From assembly GCF_000143415.4 (NCBI RefSeq), contig NW_003314316.1:322120-386119 (forward strand): 64,000 bases of DNA, written 5' to 3'. The notes under the pieces were generated by a model. The model did not search any database. It worked only from the letters and a program-made list of their open reading frames with translations, and was not told the origin of the DNA. A program made the position numbers and the translations under genes. This stretch comes from Selaginella moellendorffii (taxonomy: Eukaryota; Plantae; Lycopodiophyta). Positions 23,597 to 38,461 of this stretch are shown in pieces (the stretch's first letter is position 1; every line of letters starts with the position of its first letter).

Positions 23597-26500
23597 ATGC
23601 TACCCAAAAAGAGAACCGCTGCGACAGGGGAGGAAGGCTCGAGCAAGCAGTCCAAGCGCGTCCGGCCGGGTGATTCCAGCGCCCTAGCGGCACAGCAGTG
23701 CGACCTTGTCATGGGAGGCGATGGCGGCGCGGTGGCGGTTCCATCGGATGTGGAGATTGACGAGGATTTGCACAGCCGGCAGCTCGCCGTCTATGGCCGC
23801 GAAACGATGCGCCGCTTGTTCGGGGCAAACGTTCTCGTCTCGGGGTTGCAAGGGCTTGGCGTCGAGATCGGTAAGCGATTGATAGAAAAATCACGAAATT
23901 TCCATTTGATGATTCGTTGTGGCAGCCAAGAACGTGATCTTGGCGGGGGTGAAATCCGTGACGATTCACGACTCCGGGACGGTGGAGCTTTGGGATCTTT
24001 CCTCCCAGTTCTACTTCTCTGAGGCGGACGTGGGGAAGAACAGGGCCTTTGCTTGCGTTGACAAGCTCAAGGAACTAAACAACGCGGTCAATATCTCGGT
24101 GCTCACCACCGAGCTCACGGAGGAGATCTTGTCGAACTACCAGGTACTATTCTCTTCGAAATAATTTCTGGAATAGTATGCCAACTTATATCTCTACCTA
24201 GGTGGTCGTGTTCACCGATTCAAGCCTGGAGGAGGCTATCCGATTTAACAACTTCTGCCACAACCACAACCCACCGATTGCTTTCATCAAGGCAGACATC
24301 AGGGGCATCTTTGGGAGCGTCTTTTGTGACTTTGGGCCGGACTTCACTGTGGTGGATGTGGATGGAGAGGAACCACACACAGGGATCATCGCGTCGATTA
24401 GTAATGACAACCCGGCTGTTGTCTGCTGCGTCGACGACGAGAGGCTGGAGTTTCAGGACGGCGACTTGGTTCTCTTCAACGAAGTGAAGGGAATGGTGGA
24501 GCTAAACGATGGGCGGCCCAGGAAAATAAAGAATGCCCGACCGTATTCTTTCACTCTGGAGGAGGACACGACTGGTTACTGTGCTTATGAAGCCGGGGGG
24601 ATCGTCACGCAGGTGAAACAGCCAAAGGTTTTGAACTTTAAGACTTTGGAGGAAGCAATTCAAAACCCGGGGGATTTTCTTCTGAGCGACTTCTCCAAGT
24701 TCGATAGGCCTCCGCTCTTGCACCTGGCCTTCCGTGCCTTGGATGCGTTCTGTGCTCAAGAAGGACGTTTTCCCGCTCCAGGATCCGGGGAGGATGCACA
24801 GGCGCTCATCGCCATTGCGAAGCGCTTGAACGACAGTGCGGGAGATCAGAAGCTCGACAACATTGACGAGTCTATTCTTACGAAGTTCGCAAGTGGATCA
24901 AAAGCCGTTTTGAATCCCATGGCTGCGATGTTTGGAGGCATCGTTGGGCAGGAAGTGTTGAAAGCTTGCTCCGGCAAGTTCCATCCTTTGTTTCAGGTGC
25001 GCGCTGTCTTTTTCTTGTCCGTGGCGTAGATATTGAGTGCTTTGTTTTGCAGTTCTTTTACTTCGATTCGCTCGAATCCGTTCCATCTGAGCCTCTCTCG
25101 GCCGAGGACGCTGCTCCTACAGGTGGCCGCTACGATGCTCAGATAGCCGTGTTTGGGAGGCAGGTGCAGCAGAAGCTGGAAAATGCGAAAGTTTTCGTTG
25201 TGGGAGCTGGTGCTCTTGGCTGCGAGTTTCTCAAGAATCTGGCTCTCATGGGTGTAGCCTGCGGGAGTGGAAAGCTTACAGTTACCGACGACGACGTGAT
25301 TGAAAAGAGCAACCTCAGCCGGCAGTTTCTTTTCCGTGACTGGAACATCGGGCAAGCAAAGTCCACGGTTGCGTCCACGGCTGCTCTGAGCATCAACTCG
25401 TCGCTTAACGCTGAAGCTCTCCAAAACCGTATCAGCCAGGATACAGAGAACATATTTGACGACGTCTTTTGGGGTGGCTTGGACGTCGTGATAAATGCTC
25501 TGGACAACGTCAAGGCGAGACTTTACGTGGACTCGAGGGCTGTCTACTTCCAGAAGCCTCTCCTCGAGTCTGGAACCTTGGGGCCCAAGTGCAACACGCA
25601 GATGGTTATACCGCATCTAACTGAGAACTACGGGGCGTCCAGAGACCCTCCCGAGAAGCAAGCTCCAATGTGTACGCTCCACTCGTTCCCCCACAACATC
25701 GACCACTGCTTGACGTGGGCAAGGTCCGAGTTTGAGGGGCTGCTCGAGAAGACACCTTCCGAAGCCAACGCGTTTCTCTCGAATCCGCAGGAGTACAAGT
25801 CGTCAGCAAGGTCCGCTGGGGATGCTCTGTCCCGAGAGATGCTCGAGCGCATTGTTGAGTGCCTTGTCACGGAGAGATGCCACACGTTTGAGGATTGCAT
25901 CGTCTGGGCGAGGAAAAGGTATTTGGAAATTTGTGTTTCGTTTATCACCACCACCTTACTGTTTTGCGTAGGTTCGAGGACTACTTCGTGAACAGAGTCA
26001 AGCAGCTCACGTACACGTTTCCAGAGGACTCAACCACAAGCTCCGGAGCTCGGTTCTGGTCTGCACCGAAACGCTTTCCGCGAGCTCTTCAGTTTTCGTC
26101 GACCGATCCTTCTCATCTTTCTTTCGTAGCATCGGCGGCCATCCTCCGGGCTGAAACGTATGGCATCCCCAGGCCCGTGTGGGTGCTCAACCCGAAGCAA
26201 CTTGGTGAAGTCGTCGACAAGATCAATCTCCCAGAGTTCAAGCCCAAGCAGGGTGTGAAGATTGTCACCGATGAGAAGGCCACCAACTTGACCGCTTCCA
26301 GCTTGGACGACGCTGCCGTCATCGATCAGCTGATTAGCACGCTGGACGACGGTACTAAGTCGCTGCCAACGGGATTTCGCCTCGTTCCTATCCAATTTGA
26401 GAAGGTTCGAATTTTTCTCTTTTGTTGATGAACTCTACTGACGATGGTACACGTTGTAACAGGACGATGACACAAACTATCACATGGAGCTGATAGCGGC

Positions 26501-27056
26501 GCTCGCAAACATGCGAGCGAGAAACTACGAGATCCCCGAGGTGGACAAGCTCAAGGCCAAGTTCATAGCCGGGAAGATCATTCCAGCCATCGCGACGACG
26601 ACGGCACTGGCGACTGGCCTGGTTTGCCTGGAGCTGTACAAGGTGTTCCAGGACAAGGGGGTGGAAGACTACAGGAACACGTTCGCCAACTTGGCCCTGC
26701 CGCTCTTCTCCATGGCCGAGCCGGTTCCTCCCAAGTCGTTCAAGCACGGCGAGCTGGCCTGGTCGATCTGGGACCGATGGGTGATCCAAGGGGACCTCAC
26801 GCTGACGGAGCTCCTGGAGTGGTTCCAGGCCAAGGGATTGACAGCCTACAGCATCTCGTGTGGCCAGAGCCTGCTCTACAACAGCTTGTTTCCGCGGCAC
26901 AAGGAGCGGCTGGGCAGGAAAGTGTCGGAGCTCGCAAAGGAGGTGGCGAAGCTGGACATTCCTCCAAACAGGAAGCACTTTGACGTGATTGTGGCGTGCG
27001 AGGACGACGAAGGCGAGGACTGGGACGTGCCACTGGTTTCAATCTGCTTTAGATAG
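23597..27056 (+). CDS. UBA1: Ubiquitin-activating enzyme E1, multi-exon (possible upstream exon from 23413)
   Basis: [48 protein letters not shown], catalytic [20 protein letters not shown]-terminal UFD ending [10 protein letters not shown]. Confidence 0.97.
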
Positions 27057-29187
27057 AACTCTCGTCCAAACCAAGTTAAGACATTTATACTGTTCGATGG
27101 ACAACGGAAAAAATTAAAAATTAATATAGAAGGGTTTCTTCCATTATCAAGATGTTAATTAAAAAATGCGGAGAGCAAATGCATGTGCCACCTTGGGTAA
27201 AGTAGGTCGTTCACAATGTCGAGCCGTATTTGTGTGGAAGAAGACGCTGTTGTTGCGCCAAAGGTATCTCTTGCACTGTTGCTTGCTTAGCGAGCTGAAA
27301 GTGGGGCAACGGGCGCTGACTGGGAAGAAATTGCAACAGTCGTTGCTAGTGCAGGTGGCCGTCTCAGCAGTTGCAGGTTTTGCTGGGTCCACGAATACCA
27401 AGAGATTACCAGGATTCTTGGAAATTTCTGCTCTGGGAATGTGCAGTGAGCATCTCACTGCTGGTAAGATCTTCTCAAAGTGGCTTTTCTAACCTTTAAG
27501 CCTTTGTAAACTCAAGGTTTTTTATTGCAAGTCTTGTGTGTCTCTGATGGGTGATGGCTCCACTTACTTGTACGACTTGGTGCCAGACTTACGGGTTGAA
27601 CTGGTGGTGACAGACTTACAATCACTTTTTCGGCCATTTGGATGGATTCCCTCGTGAGGGCAAGGAGAGGATGGAGAGGATGAGCACTCTATAGCGGCCT
27701 GGGCTTTGGCAGCATGAGGAGGACATGCATACAAACTTCCATGCATGCAAAAAACGTCCATATACAAAAAATGTTACAAAAATGTTGTTTGTGATATCAT
27801 TCTAAATAGTGAAAATAAAAGGTGGATTACTTTTTCCTTTTCTTAAATTATTACTAATAAGAGGTTGTTAGTAACTTGCTCAAATCCTTGCCATCCAGAT
27901 CCTAAATGCACAAAGGAGAAAACTTAAATTAAAACTTTGTGGTCCCAAATCAAGAGCAACAAAATGCCCTTCCAAGGCAAATGCTCATGTAGTCCTATCT
28001 TGATACTGCCTTAATTAAGAAATAAGCCAACAAAAAAAAAATACAAAATTTTGCTCGGTCTACCAGCGGCTTGATCCCGAGGTCCGAGCTCATCAAAAGG
28101 AAGTAGTGCATCATTCTTGTCTATCCCTTGTCAAGCCCTTGGGCTCCAGGATCACTCCCAGCACGTATACCCTATCTCAGACTGTGAGCAACGAGCGACC
28201 AGAGTATTCATGCCCACCAACCATGCTCAGTGCACCTGCTTTGCCCAGGCTGTGCAGCTTGCTTATAGTCGTCAGAATCCCAAGATTATGGCATCCATAT
28301 GAAGGAGAGATTCACACAGCAATGATCTCAGACTTGCATACAGAACTTCCTCACTGTTGAAATCTAATATACTGCCGGGAGTTTTGGGAGATTCACTCAT
28401 TGACTTCCTCCACCTCAGCAAGAGAAGACCCAGCTGAGGAGTTTTTGTGAGTTGGGTGAGAGATTCGTGGTGTCCCTGGGTGTTTGCTGGGCCGAGTTAC
28501 TTGGTTTCTGGGCATGAGCCATATGCATGTGTCAAAGAGCTTGTCTCAATTTGGTGGCTGTAATGGGGGATAGTAAGGCATAGCTTCAATTCATCAAGGT
28601 GAGCGACTTTTGCGAGCTGGATGGCATGGAGCTCGCCTGATGCTTTAAGAGGGGTTGAAGTAGGATTTTCAATTCTTTGACAAATTCTGAGCTGTGAGAG
28701 AGCTAGATTGCCATGTGCAAGCGTATGGCTCTTCTAAATGTGACAAGGAACTGTCCAGTGCTGTGTGACTCTATGGAGCTCCTCACTGCTCGATATGCAA
28801 ACAACAACCCAGTTCGATGCACTTTCAGCTGTGTTGAATCATGTGTCATTGCCCTAGGTCAAAAAAATCAAATCCAGTTGCGGTCCTATGAGGTAGGCAT
28901 GTAGGTTGGGTCTCCTGCATATGGGAAATTGCCTTTGCATTCCAAAACAACAATGCTTGCTACGAGCCCAAACTTCTCACCTTTGCTTGAGGAAAGTGTA
29001 TGACATCTTGCCACATATGTTCAACTGCTGATGGAGAGCAAAACTTAGAGAATTGGAGCTAGCATGCTGGGACTTGGGAGCTCGAGCAATTGAAGATGGA
29101 AGAGAGCCATGTATTGCAATTTATCAACTGTTAGAAACTAAGATTAGCTTTGATATTGCCACCAATTTCTAGTTATCAAATAATCAG

Positions 29188-31415
29188 TTAGATTCCTCTT
29201 TCATTTAATAATCTTCTGAAAGTTTCCATTCTATCACCTGCTTTGTGTGGACCTAGATTTGTGACAGAAAATGGGCTCCAAAACTTCTCTATAGTAAGAA
29301 TGAATAAAATGAATAAAAATGTTAAAATCAACTTACCTGCTGCAGCAGCTGCTCTTGGCCATATTATTTGGTGAATGTTGCTACCATCCACTTTCTCTCC
29401 CCACATACACACTTCACCACCAAGAATTAGTTGTTGTTCTCTACCATCAGTGATGCTATCATATGGCTCCTTGTTGTAAAACTGCTCCCATGTGACTTCA
29501 AAATGGTCCAGGTACCATGAAGCCTGCTCGCTTATTATGCACTTCAGTCCTGACTTGACCACACTAGGAGCAATTGCAGATCCAAGCCTGTAACAACATA
29601 GCTTTACTTTGAAACACCACATATTGATTTTCTTATACCAGTTCTGGATGATTGTGTTCTTTGGCAAGCTTGATCCAAAATTTTGAAATGCTTCCTGCCT
29701 AGAAGTATTGTAGAGAAAAATAAATACATGTTATGCAATGCATGGATTACCAGCTAACAGGAACATAACCATGTTTCATAGCTAGCTTCTGTACTTCAAG
29801 CACAAAAAACTTGTACGCTTGTGTGGCTGTTAAATTGTGCTTGCCCAACCTATCATAAAAGTATCTAGTTTCAATCGAATTTGATTTTGAGAATATCAGA
29901 CCATTCAGAAACAAGCTTTGTGCTTTCCCAACAATCTGTTATTATCAAGAGTTAATAAAATAATAATAATTCATCACTTCTTACTTGTATTTACTTCGTC
30001 TCCTCCAATATGTAACAGCTCAAATGGAAATGCCTTACGCAAATCTAGCAAGTTTGCATGCACTAAATATTTTAGAATTTTAATAAATATCATCTATATT
30101 ACCAAAAAAGATGCCATCAATCACTTCAAACGTGAACTCCTTACTCACGTCTAGTGGAGTTCTGCAATTTTGGGAAGGCCACAACTGAGGATATCCAACT
30201 CCCCTGTAAATTGCAAAGTAATCTCATAAAGCATAAAAGAGAACTGCATACCAAGAACGGGCATGCCCTGGAACATCGATCTCAGCCATTATACTTATAC
30301 CCCTCAGTTCAGCATACCTTAGATAGTTACTAACTTATTTATTATTCTCATCCCTTTTAAAGCTTACTTGACTAAGTCTTTTGCATGGTCGAGACTATAG
30401 CGTTGTTTATTTGAGTAAGAGCCATTCCAAAGCTTTGGGAAAGAAGGGATCTCCAAAGGGAATGATTCATCGTCAGAAATATGCCAATGCAAAACGTTCT
30501 GGAACAGAGTAAGTTGATAAATTATTAAGCCAAAGCACTTACTAGCTTGGCATAGGCCATGGAATCAATAATAGTCTTTATTGTGTTTAATGGTAAGTAA
30601 TGTCGTGCAGTATCTAGTTATTTAGCAAAATTAAGATTTAAAAGAAAATAAAAATTCATACCTATCAAAAGGCCTCTATACAAGAATCTTGGCTCATCAA
30701 AAATGTCCCAAGGGCAATTCTCCAAAAAAATAGTTTTTGCTTCAACATTGTATCTGCAGATCTGACTGAAAGTCTATGCAACAAAAACTTTGAACCAAGC
30801 CTGACTAATTTCTTCAATTATTACCTCCAATCCTCGAAGGGCTCCATAGACAGTGTTTGCCTTGTTCGAACCAACCAACAAACAAATGCTTTTACAAATA
30901 AAAGATCTTACCTGGAGAAATGCGCTTTTTGGATCCAAAGGATCTGGAATTTGGAGGTGGTAAGATTCATCAGTCCCGATATGGAGCTGCTAAAAGATCA
31001 ACATTAGAACCAAACAAGCAGGAGAGTCTCAATTTGCTCTCACGCTTTGGTTGTATGAGAAGAGATCAATACGAAGCTTGTCTAAAACAAACTTTGGTGG
31101 ATTGATCACCAAATCTTGTACTAACGTTCTTTGACCACTAATCAGTGCAGTGTACCGATCCATCCCTGCGTGCAAGACAACCAAATCCTGTGGAGCTGAG
31201 GTGTATATACTAAATTTTGGAGACAGTGTCATAGAGAGGGAGCCTTTGGAGTAATTTTTTGGTGCTGGTAAGATGAAATCACTTGAGCTGCCATGATGAT
31301 CCCAATCACTCAAAACTACACCCCATGGGCTCCCATTCCAAAGTTTAAAGGTGATTGTGAACAAAACCACTACAAGATATATTAGTATCCCTCTCAATGG
31401 TTTTTTACTCAACAT
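29188..31415 (-). CDS. Beta-N-acetylhexosaminidase (GH20), copy A, N-terminal transmembrane anchor, multi-exon
   Basis: [46 protein letters not shown], catalytic [34 protein letters not shown]. No lesion noticed in the exons checked, but the C-terminus ends early at NERGI*. Confidence 0.88.
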
Positions 31416-32132
31416 TGTGCTAGTGTTTCCATTTCTGTCATTCCTTATTTATTATCTTAGAAAAAAAAAATCCAGTCACCCAAATTGTATACACCTACTG
31501 AATAAGAAAAATTCTTCTGATTGTTCACCAGTTCACCACCAACGCTACTCTCCAAACCCATGCTGATGTCCAACCTATCTTTATCTTGTCATAATTCACC
31601 TAATTTATTCACTAAGAAATTATTCTTTTAATTATTTCACAAACAGTATATTATTAAGAATATTTCTTAAGGAATCTATGTATATTCTAAGATATTTCTG
31701 TAATCAAAGTAATTTACAATTTTAGGGTTTTTGACTTCCAGCCACCCGCACAACTACAACCCCAAGGTTGAGGGTGCTCACCCTTGGAGTACTCTACCTT
31801 TGTCCTCAGCTTGTGCTTAGTGGTTTTCCTATACACAGGTTCTTTCCTTGCTCCCCTTCTCTCATGTGTTGTGTTTTATCTCTTTCTTCAAAGACTCGCC
31901 ATTTTACTTTACCGGCTAGCTATCGGCCTTGAAGGTCCTCCACGCGGACACTAACTTGGGGCTGTTAGCAATTGGTTTCTGTTCTTATTCTTGAAAGGAC
32001 ATTCTTTCAAAGAATCTCCTAAATACTGCATTTATATTAAATCTCAAGTGAATGTTTATTAGCTATTATATGGTGGAAGTCGATATTTAAAGACATATAC
32101 CATGGTGGAAGTTTTCCAAATGTCCTTTAATT

Positions 32133-33869
32133 CTAATCCTTGCTTATGGAATTGACACAAAGAAAACCCACATTGAGTTTGCCATTGGTCATCCTCATGC
32201 AATCAATTGTGTAACTCCACCCGGATCCCAGAGCTCCAACGAATAAATCAGCCTCTAGAGCCATCATCAAATTGACATAGCTATTGCCAAATGCAGTCCT
32301 CTTGCCAAGAGATTTCATATACTTGATCTCCACCTTCATGAAGTAAAATTTCCAATCCTTAACATCCATAAAAACAATGCAAAAAATGTTTCAAAAAGAA
32401 GTTTTCTTCTTACTTGCATCTCTGTGGAAAGCCATACGTTCTCCAAGTCTGGAAATTTTCTTCTCAACGTGTTTGCAAGGTTTATGTAGTCTTTGAAAGG
32501 ATGGAGTGTCATCTCCCCACCTTTATCTCCTTGCCTTACATGGATGCTTACTATAGGTCTTGGAATCCAAGGTCCATACTTGTTCCACACAAATTCCTCT
32601 AGGGGAGTTTGGGCTTGCTCTTGCAGGAAGTTAACTGGCAAATCTCTTGGTAGAGAGAGGACAATAGCTCTAGCAGCTTTTATTCCAAATGCTTGATGTC
32701 GGGCTTGGTTTAATAAGTTGCAAAGATACTCACTTGGAAAACGCATTAGATAACGATAAGCCGTCACAAAAAGAATTTTCAAGTGAAAGGAAAAGAAAAG
32801 TTTCTATAACTTATACCTGTGCTCTCCACCACCTCCGTTTATTATAGTAATAAATATCTCCCAAAACTGCTCCATTTAACTCCTCTGTTAGTCGCATTTT
32901 CTTCCATGGTTCACCCCAAATCCTAATCTTTTCCTTGGATTAATGGATCTACCATATAAAATAAAACAAACCTTGGTACACCAGACCACAGACCAAGGGT
33001 GTTGTTCGATTTTTTTAATATCCCTTGATTCCATGCATTCTCATCAGAATATAATTCCATAGCACGACTGATACATTCTTTAGAGGCCTCCAGAGCAAAA
33101 TAGCAAGACCACCTCATATAATTTTGTCCTGGAAGAAAGTGATACTTCAATTAATTTTTCTAGCATAATATTAACAAACCTGTGCATCCCTGATGGTTTG
33201 CTCCATGGTAAGGCAATGTAACAAAAACCCTTCCTTCACTCACAGCTAGAGAAAGTATGGATGAAAGGTATGCAATTTGAGAACCAGCACCAATAGGAAA
33301 ATTATCACTGTGCCAGTGTGCCAAGAGAAATGTCACATTGCTACAATCTTTGTTGGTGGAGCCACAAATCATGCTGCACAAGCCTTGTCAAGGGAAGATT
33401 GTCGTCATTACCACCGCTAATCTGTAGAAAAAATAAATTTCCCTCTTAGAATGTTTCATGTTAAGGTGATACTTTGCCATGGTATAAAATTCGAGATGCT
33501 CTCTTGTGATCCTCCCCAATAGCAGTTTCCCACAAGTTCCATGGAGGCAGTTCACCATCTTTTCCACGACGATCCATCCTTGTATGCAGCTCATTGCATC
33601 TTTTACAATCTTGGATGTGAGGTGGAAAAGGAACTCCTGCTGGAGCTTTGAATCTACTGGTATCTTTGCGGATCACTTGATCCAAACCTTTGCTCCAAAT
33701 ATCTACTAAAGCTTTCACCTTGCTTGGAACCTTTGTGTCAGGGTGTGACCATCTAATGCTGCTTCTAGTAAGATTTCTTTGCTTCAGATGATAATCAATT
33801 ACTAGAAAAGATGTTAAAAATAATAAGTAAGGCTAGACAATGCACCTTGAAATATCTGAAAGCCTCCAT
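32133..33869 (-). pseudogene. GT23/FUT8-NodZ-like (alpha-1,6-fucosyltransferase-like) locus, copy A; at least two frameshifts
   Basis: Motifs SIHVRQGDK, VWLSTE, FVGALGSGWS. Frameshifts in the type II TM T-run (~33815) and at WLHQ(HP) (~33352). Assembly error cannot be excluded. Confidence 0.75.
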
Positions 33870-35107
33870 GCTTGGGGGATTGTTTTAGTGGACAGCTGGT
33901 AATTACCAATGTTTTGGTGAGACCAAACAAAGGCATTTTAAATCTTCAATTTCTGACGCTGTAGCACCTCGCGTCAGAGTTTATTCTGTCCGTAGTCCCG
34001 ATGCCTTGAAGAAATTCACTCCACGCACCAAGAATAACTGTGTTTAGGGAAAATCATTAATTGTCTTGACCATTGGCATTTGCCACAAATCGGACTTCTG
34101 GGAAGAATAAAGCGATCACGACGCATTATGGGGTAAAGTTTGGTTCATGTTTGTTTCAATTCGTTGGTATTAGTATAGTTCTCGTAGGTAAGCAGTGGCA
34201 GATTTGTGTATGGTCGACCAAATTTCTGAAGCATTTTTCCGTGACGGAAGAACTCATTTGATGAGAGAAACATGAAAACACGGATCTTTATTAATACGTG
34301 AAAACCAAGGGAAACCCCCGGTTTACACTAGCATGTTTCCAGCCGTACAAAATAGTGTATGCTTGCAGAGGCTAGACAAACGGAGAGAGCTTTTACGTAA
34401 TGCATACTCTGGATCAAAACCAGGCAAACTCATGGCTTTGAGTTGATTGCGATGGGCCTTGTACAAAACTTACAGGTGCCTATTTCGATGTCAGCTCAAC
34501 TCTGTGTAGGATGGAAAGAGAACACACACCGCTTCTCGCATACAAGATTCCCACAAGGTACAATTCATCCACATCAGCAAAGCTCCTGCTTGCGGCATCT
34601 CCGAGTCTGATCTAAGTCGAGGAATCGATGAGGTTCATATCAAGCTCTATCATGTGAACCAGTTTTCCCAACGTTTCCCTTGCAGAACGCGTCAATTTCT
34701 TACGTCAGGCTGGATCGGGCTAGTGCAAAATTTTCTTGTCCTTGCCAGGCAAATCCCGAAAATGACAGCATGCTATTCGACGGTGCGTGCATCGAGAGCA
34801 CAGCCACGATAAAACAAATCTAGGACCACACACCTGTTTGCCTCTCAGCAGTTAGGAGCATAGAAGTTCCTAGTGGAGCAAAACTGGCAAACTCTGAAGT
34901 TTGACGTATTAATTTCTCATTCTGATCTTGGGTTTTCTTTCCTCTAAAATCTCAGTTGTGCAGCTAAACCGAGCAAAATGTTTTTCCACGCTTCGTGGAC
35001 TCAAGGTTAATCTCCTGATTAGTATTTGGTGAGCAAGAATAACCTAGAACTTTTAGGTGGTGCTTTCCAAATAAAATGTGAACTTAATTCTATATTTTCA
35101 GAGCAAA

Positions 35108-36662
35108 ATGTTCAAACGACTTGCGCTTTGGATTCTCTTTGCGGTCCTCTTGATTATCAGCTGGCGGCCAGTGTTTGATTTGTGGAGCAATGAGTTGGAT
35201 CGAACCATCAACGCTGATCTCGACAGCAATATTAGAGCCGTGATGAAGTTTGCTGGCCGTCACCTCCAAGATTGCAAGCACTGCAGCGCCATGAATTCCA
35301 TGTTCGATCACGACTCCACCTCGACAAGAGAATTTCCCGCATGGGTACGTTCTAATTGGTAGGAACTTCTTTCATTTCAGTGTTGTCTTACACAGATCAA
35401 TGGAGCTGAGGAGGACAATCTCCCATTCACACGGCGCGTCCAGCGTGATATTTGGTTGCACCAACACCCCCGAAACTGTAGCGATGCGAAATTCCTACTG
35501 GCACATTGGTACGAAACAAGTGATTCAGTTGGAGTTGGATCGGACATGGTGTCCATGGCTGGAATGCTGGGAGCAGCTATTATTGAGAATAGGGCCAAAC
35601 ACAAAGGCTGCACAGGTGAACGAGATTCTTGGACTGGAGAGTATTTAAGATTTTGTGATTATGCTCAGGATCAAGTCATGTTGCTGGTCATGTTATTTTG
35701 TTCCGGAGGCCTCCGAGGAGTGCATAACACGGGCATTGCAGCTTTCTATGCAGGAGGAGGCCAAGAGAGAGGGAATTGTTAAGGACTTCAGCGGGGATCA
35801 ATGGAATCTTGTGCCCAGGTGAGAGAAAGAAAGTAAATGTAGCTTGGTTTTAATAGACAACCATAGTTCTTGGGGGAAGCCATGGAAAGCAATGCAACCA
35901 ACTGTGGAGCTGGATGGAAAGCTTGTGAATCACAACGCAAACCATCGAAGGTGGTGGAGAGCTCAGGCAAGTTTATAGAAGCTAGTCTAAGATTTAAACA
36001 GAGATTTATACACAGGCACTCCTCTCTCTCATACGTTTTCCAAGTGAGTACCTTTGCAATCTTATGAACCTAGCAAGGCACAGGTCATTTGGAGAGGAAG
36101 TAGCAATACTTGTTGACAAACCTCTTCCATTGTCGACTGAGATTAATAGTTTGGAGGAGCAGAGCTGCAGGCCATGGATGCCACGTCCTATGGTTAGCAT
36201 CCATGTAAGGCAGGAGGACAAGGGAAGAGAAATGGAGATTATTTCCTTTCATGAGTATATGAAGCTTTCCAACTCTCTTTGCCAGAGATTTCCAGATGTA
36301 AAGAGTGTATGGCTTTCGACAGAAATGGAGGTAATATAACTTCCTCTCACATTCTAAGAGACTATTATTACTTTTAGGACGTTATGGAAGAATCTGAGCA
36401 GTACAAAGACTGGAACTTCTACTACACTAAGGTACAAAGGCAGGCTGGAAATATCAGAATGGCGGAATATATGTCATTAATTGGAATGAGGCAAGCTTTT
36501 GATAATAGCTTTGTGAACCTGTTGATCGCTGGAGAGTGTGATCTTTTGGTGGGAGTGTTGGGTTCAACTTGGAGTTATGTTCTGGATGGTTTGAGGATGA
36601 CTAATGGCAAAGTTACCTCTGGCTTCCTCACTGTCAACCCCATCAATTCCCTCCTCAAATAA
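35108..36662 (+). pseudogene. GT23/FUT8-like locus, copy B; deletions and frameshift
   Basis: TM anchor, GVGSDMVSMAGMLG, SIHVRQEDK, WLSTEM, LVGVLGSTWS. 1-nt deletion near 35683 and an internal deletion relative to copy C. Confidence 0.78.
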
Positions 36663-38461
36663 AAGCTTAATTAACATTTGCTAGTTCAATAGGACTTACT
36701 TCTGACAATGATTAGTAGCTTTGAAATGCATGTCTTTACTCACTTTTAAGTGAATATCTTTAATATATTCTCATTCATAATAACCTCGTTCATAATTAGT
36801 AAGTTTCTCATAGAATTCCCAAGATAAACATCCCCAAAAGATTGTAGCTTTCAACTTCATCTTAAGTGAAGAGTTTGGGAAACAGCTGGAGTATTTCATG
36901 GTTGTCAATAACTTTGATATGATGTTTCTCTAGCATTACAGTCATGATTGTAGTGACGGCCCTCATTAACAATGAACCACAGGAATATTTCAATATTATT
37001 CCATGGCCTATGGGATTTAAGGCCATAATGCTTTATGGGTTGGGAGGTTAGCCTAGGGTTCACTCTCTTATTCATTTCATTGGTATCAGAGCAACACATT
37101 CTTTTGGGGATGGTAGATAAGTGAGATATTGATCTTAATGAAGAGTATGGCATTAGTGATGATGGTTATTACAATGAGGATGAAACTCTTGATGATGTTG
37201 TTATATAGTAAGGACACTAGATTTCTGAAGTTCAAAGTGACATTAAAGAGGTTAAGGATTCTATCAATTTCATTAAGGATTTTTTGCTTCACATGGACCC
37301 TCAAGGGTTGAATTAATCTCATGTTTATGATTTCCATTGGTATGTTAAACATGCTAAAGATTATGGTATTGTGGAATGGAAGTTATCACCAGATGTTTAT
37401 ATAGTTAAGAAGTTGATTCTTGGTTAGCATTGTGGGAAAGTTGTTAGTCCTACAATCTTTATGAAGATAAGGTGAAGATTAATTTTTTTGTGATGAAGCT
37501 TACGAGTTATACTTCTTTATAGTGGAAGAATTACATCAAAGCTAATCCAAAATTGACTTTTTGGATTGATTTGACAAAAGTTTTCCACACTTCATTTGTC
37601 AAGAAGTTTGAACAGGTTGATCTCGTGAATCAACTTAAAAATTTAGCAAAGGATTTTGTCTTTGGATGTGTACACCCATAAGTTTTGTGACCTTAGTCTC
37701 ACGGGCATTTATAATGAGTTGCTAAAGGTGCAATATTTCATCAAAGGTTTGAGCTTAGTGGATGTGCAACAAAAGGTTAAGAAGGATTTTCCAACAATGT
37801 TAACTTATGCTATCACTAAGGCTTAGATCTTTTCACTCAAACCATTAGTCAATTCGGTCAATTTTTGTCAACAGGATGGTCTATGGGGTAGTCAACGTGA
37901 TGACCAACCCGCAAATGCTTCACATTCAAGGAAGAAATGGCCATTGTTCTATCATGACTCAAAGCATGAAGATGGTAATAAAGCTAAGAAACTTCATTTG
38001 GACTAGCAAGAGAAGGACAAAGTAGAAGGCAATTATTTTCATTGCCATAGGGCTAAATATTAAGGTAAGGATTGTCCTAAAGGGGTTAATGAATGTTAAG
38101 ATGATTGTGGTGGAATTTATAGTCAATAATAGGCAATGATATGAGTGATATTGTTATTGGAGATTGTATTGCTTCAAGTTAGGCATTCTCTCACATACAT
38201 GAGCCACAAGTTTGATGCCATATAGCAAACTTGGATTACTCGAGACAAAGAGTTGTATGCTATGATTGCTGTTGTGAAGGAATGGCAATATTATTTATAT
38301 GGATTGGACTTCTATGTGAATTCAGATTATCAGTCTCTTTAGTATTTTAGTCGACATAAGAATTTTGGAAGCTACCTTACTCGTTGGCAAGAGTTCCTGC
38401 AGGAAATGTCTAGTACAAACATAGAGGTGACAATAAAGTTGTTGTTGCATTATCTAGGATG

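Noticed and set aside
27160-29110. Short ORFs between UBA1 and hexosaminidase A
   Set aside because: No recognisable homology or consistent spliced frame.
31740-31975. Possible small LTR/PPT remnant (AACTTGGGGG-CTGTTAG)
   Set aside because: No second terminus or TSD found.
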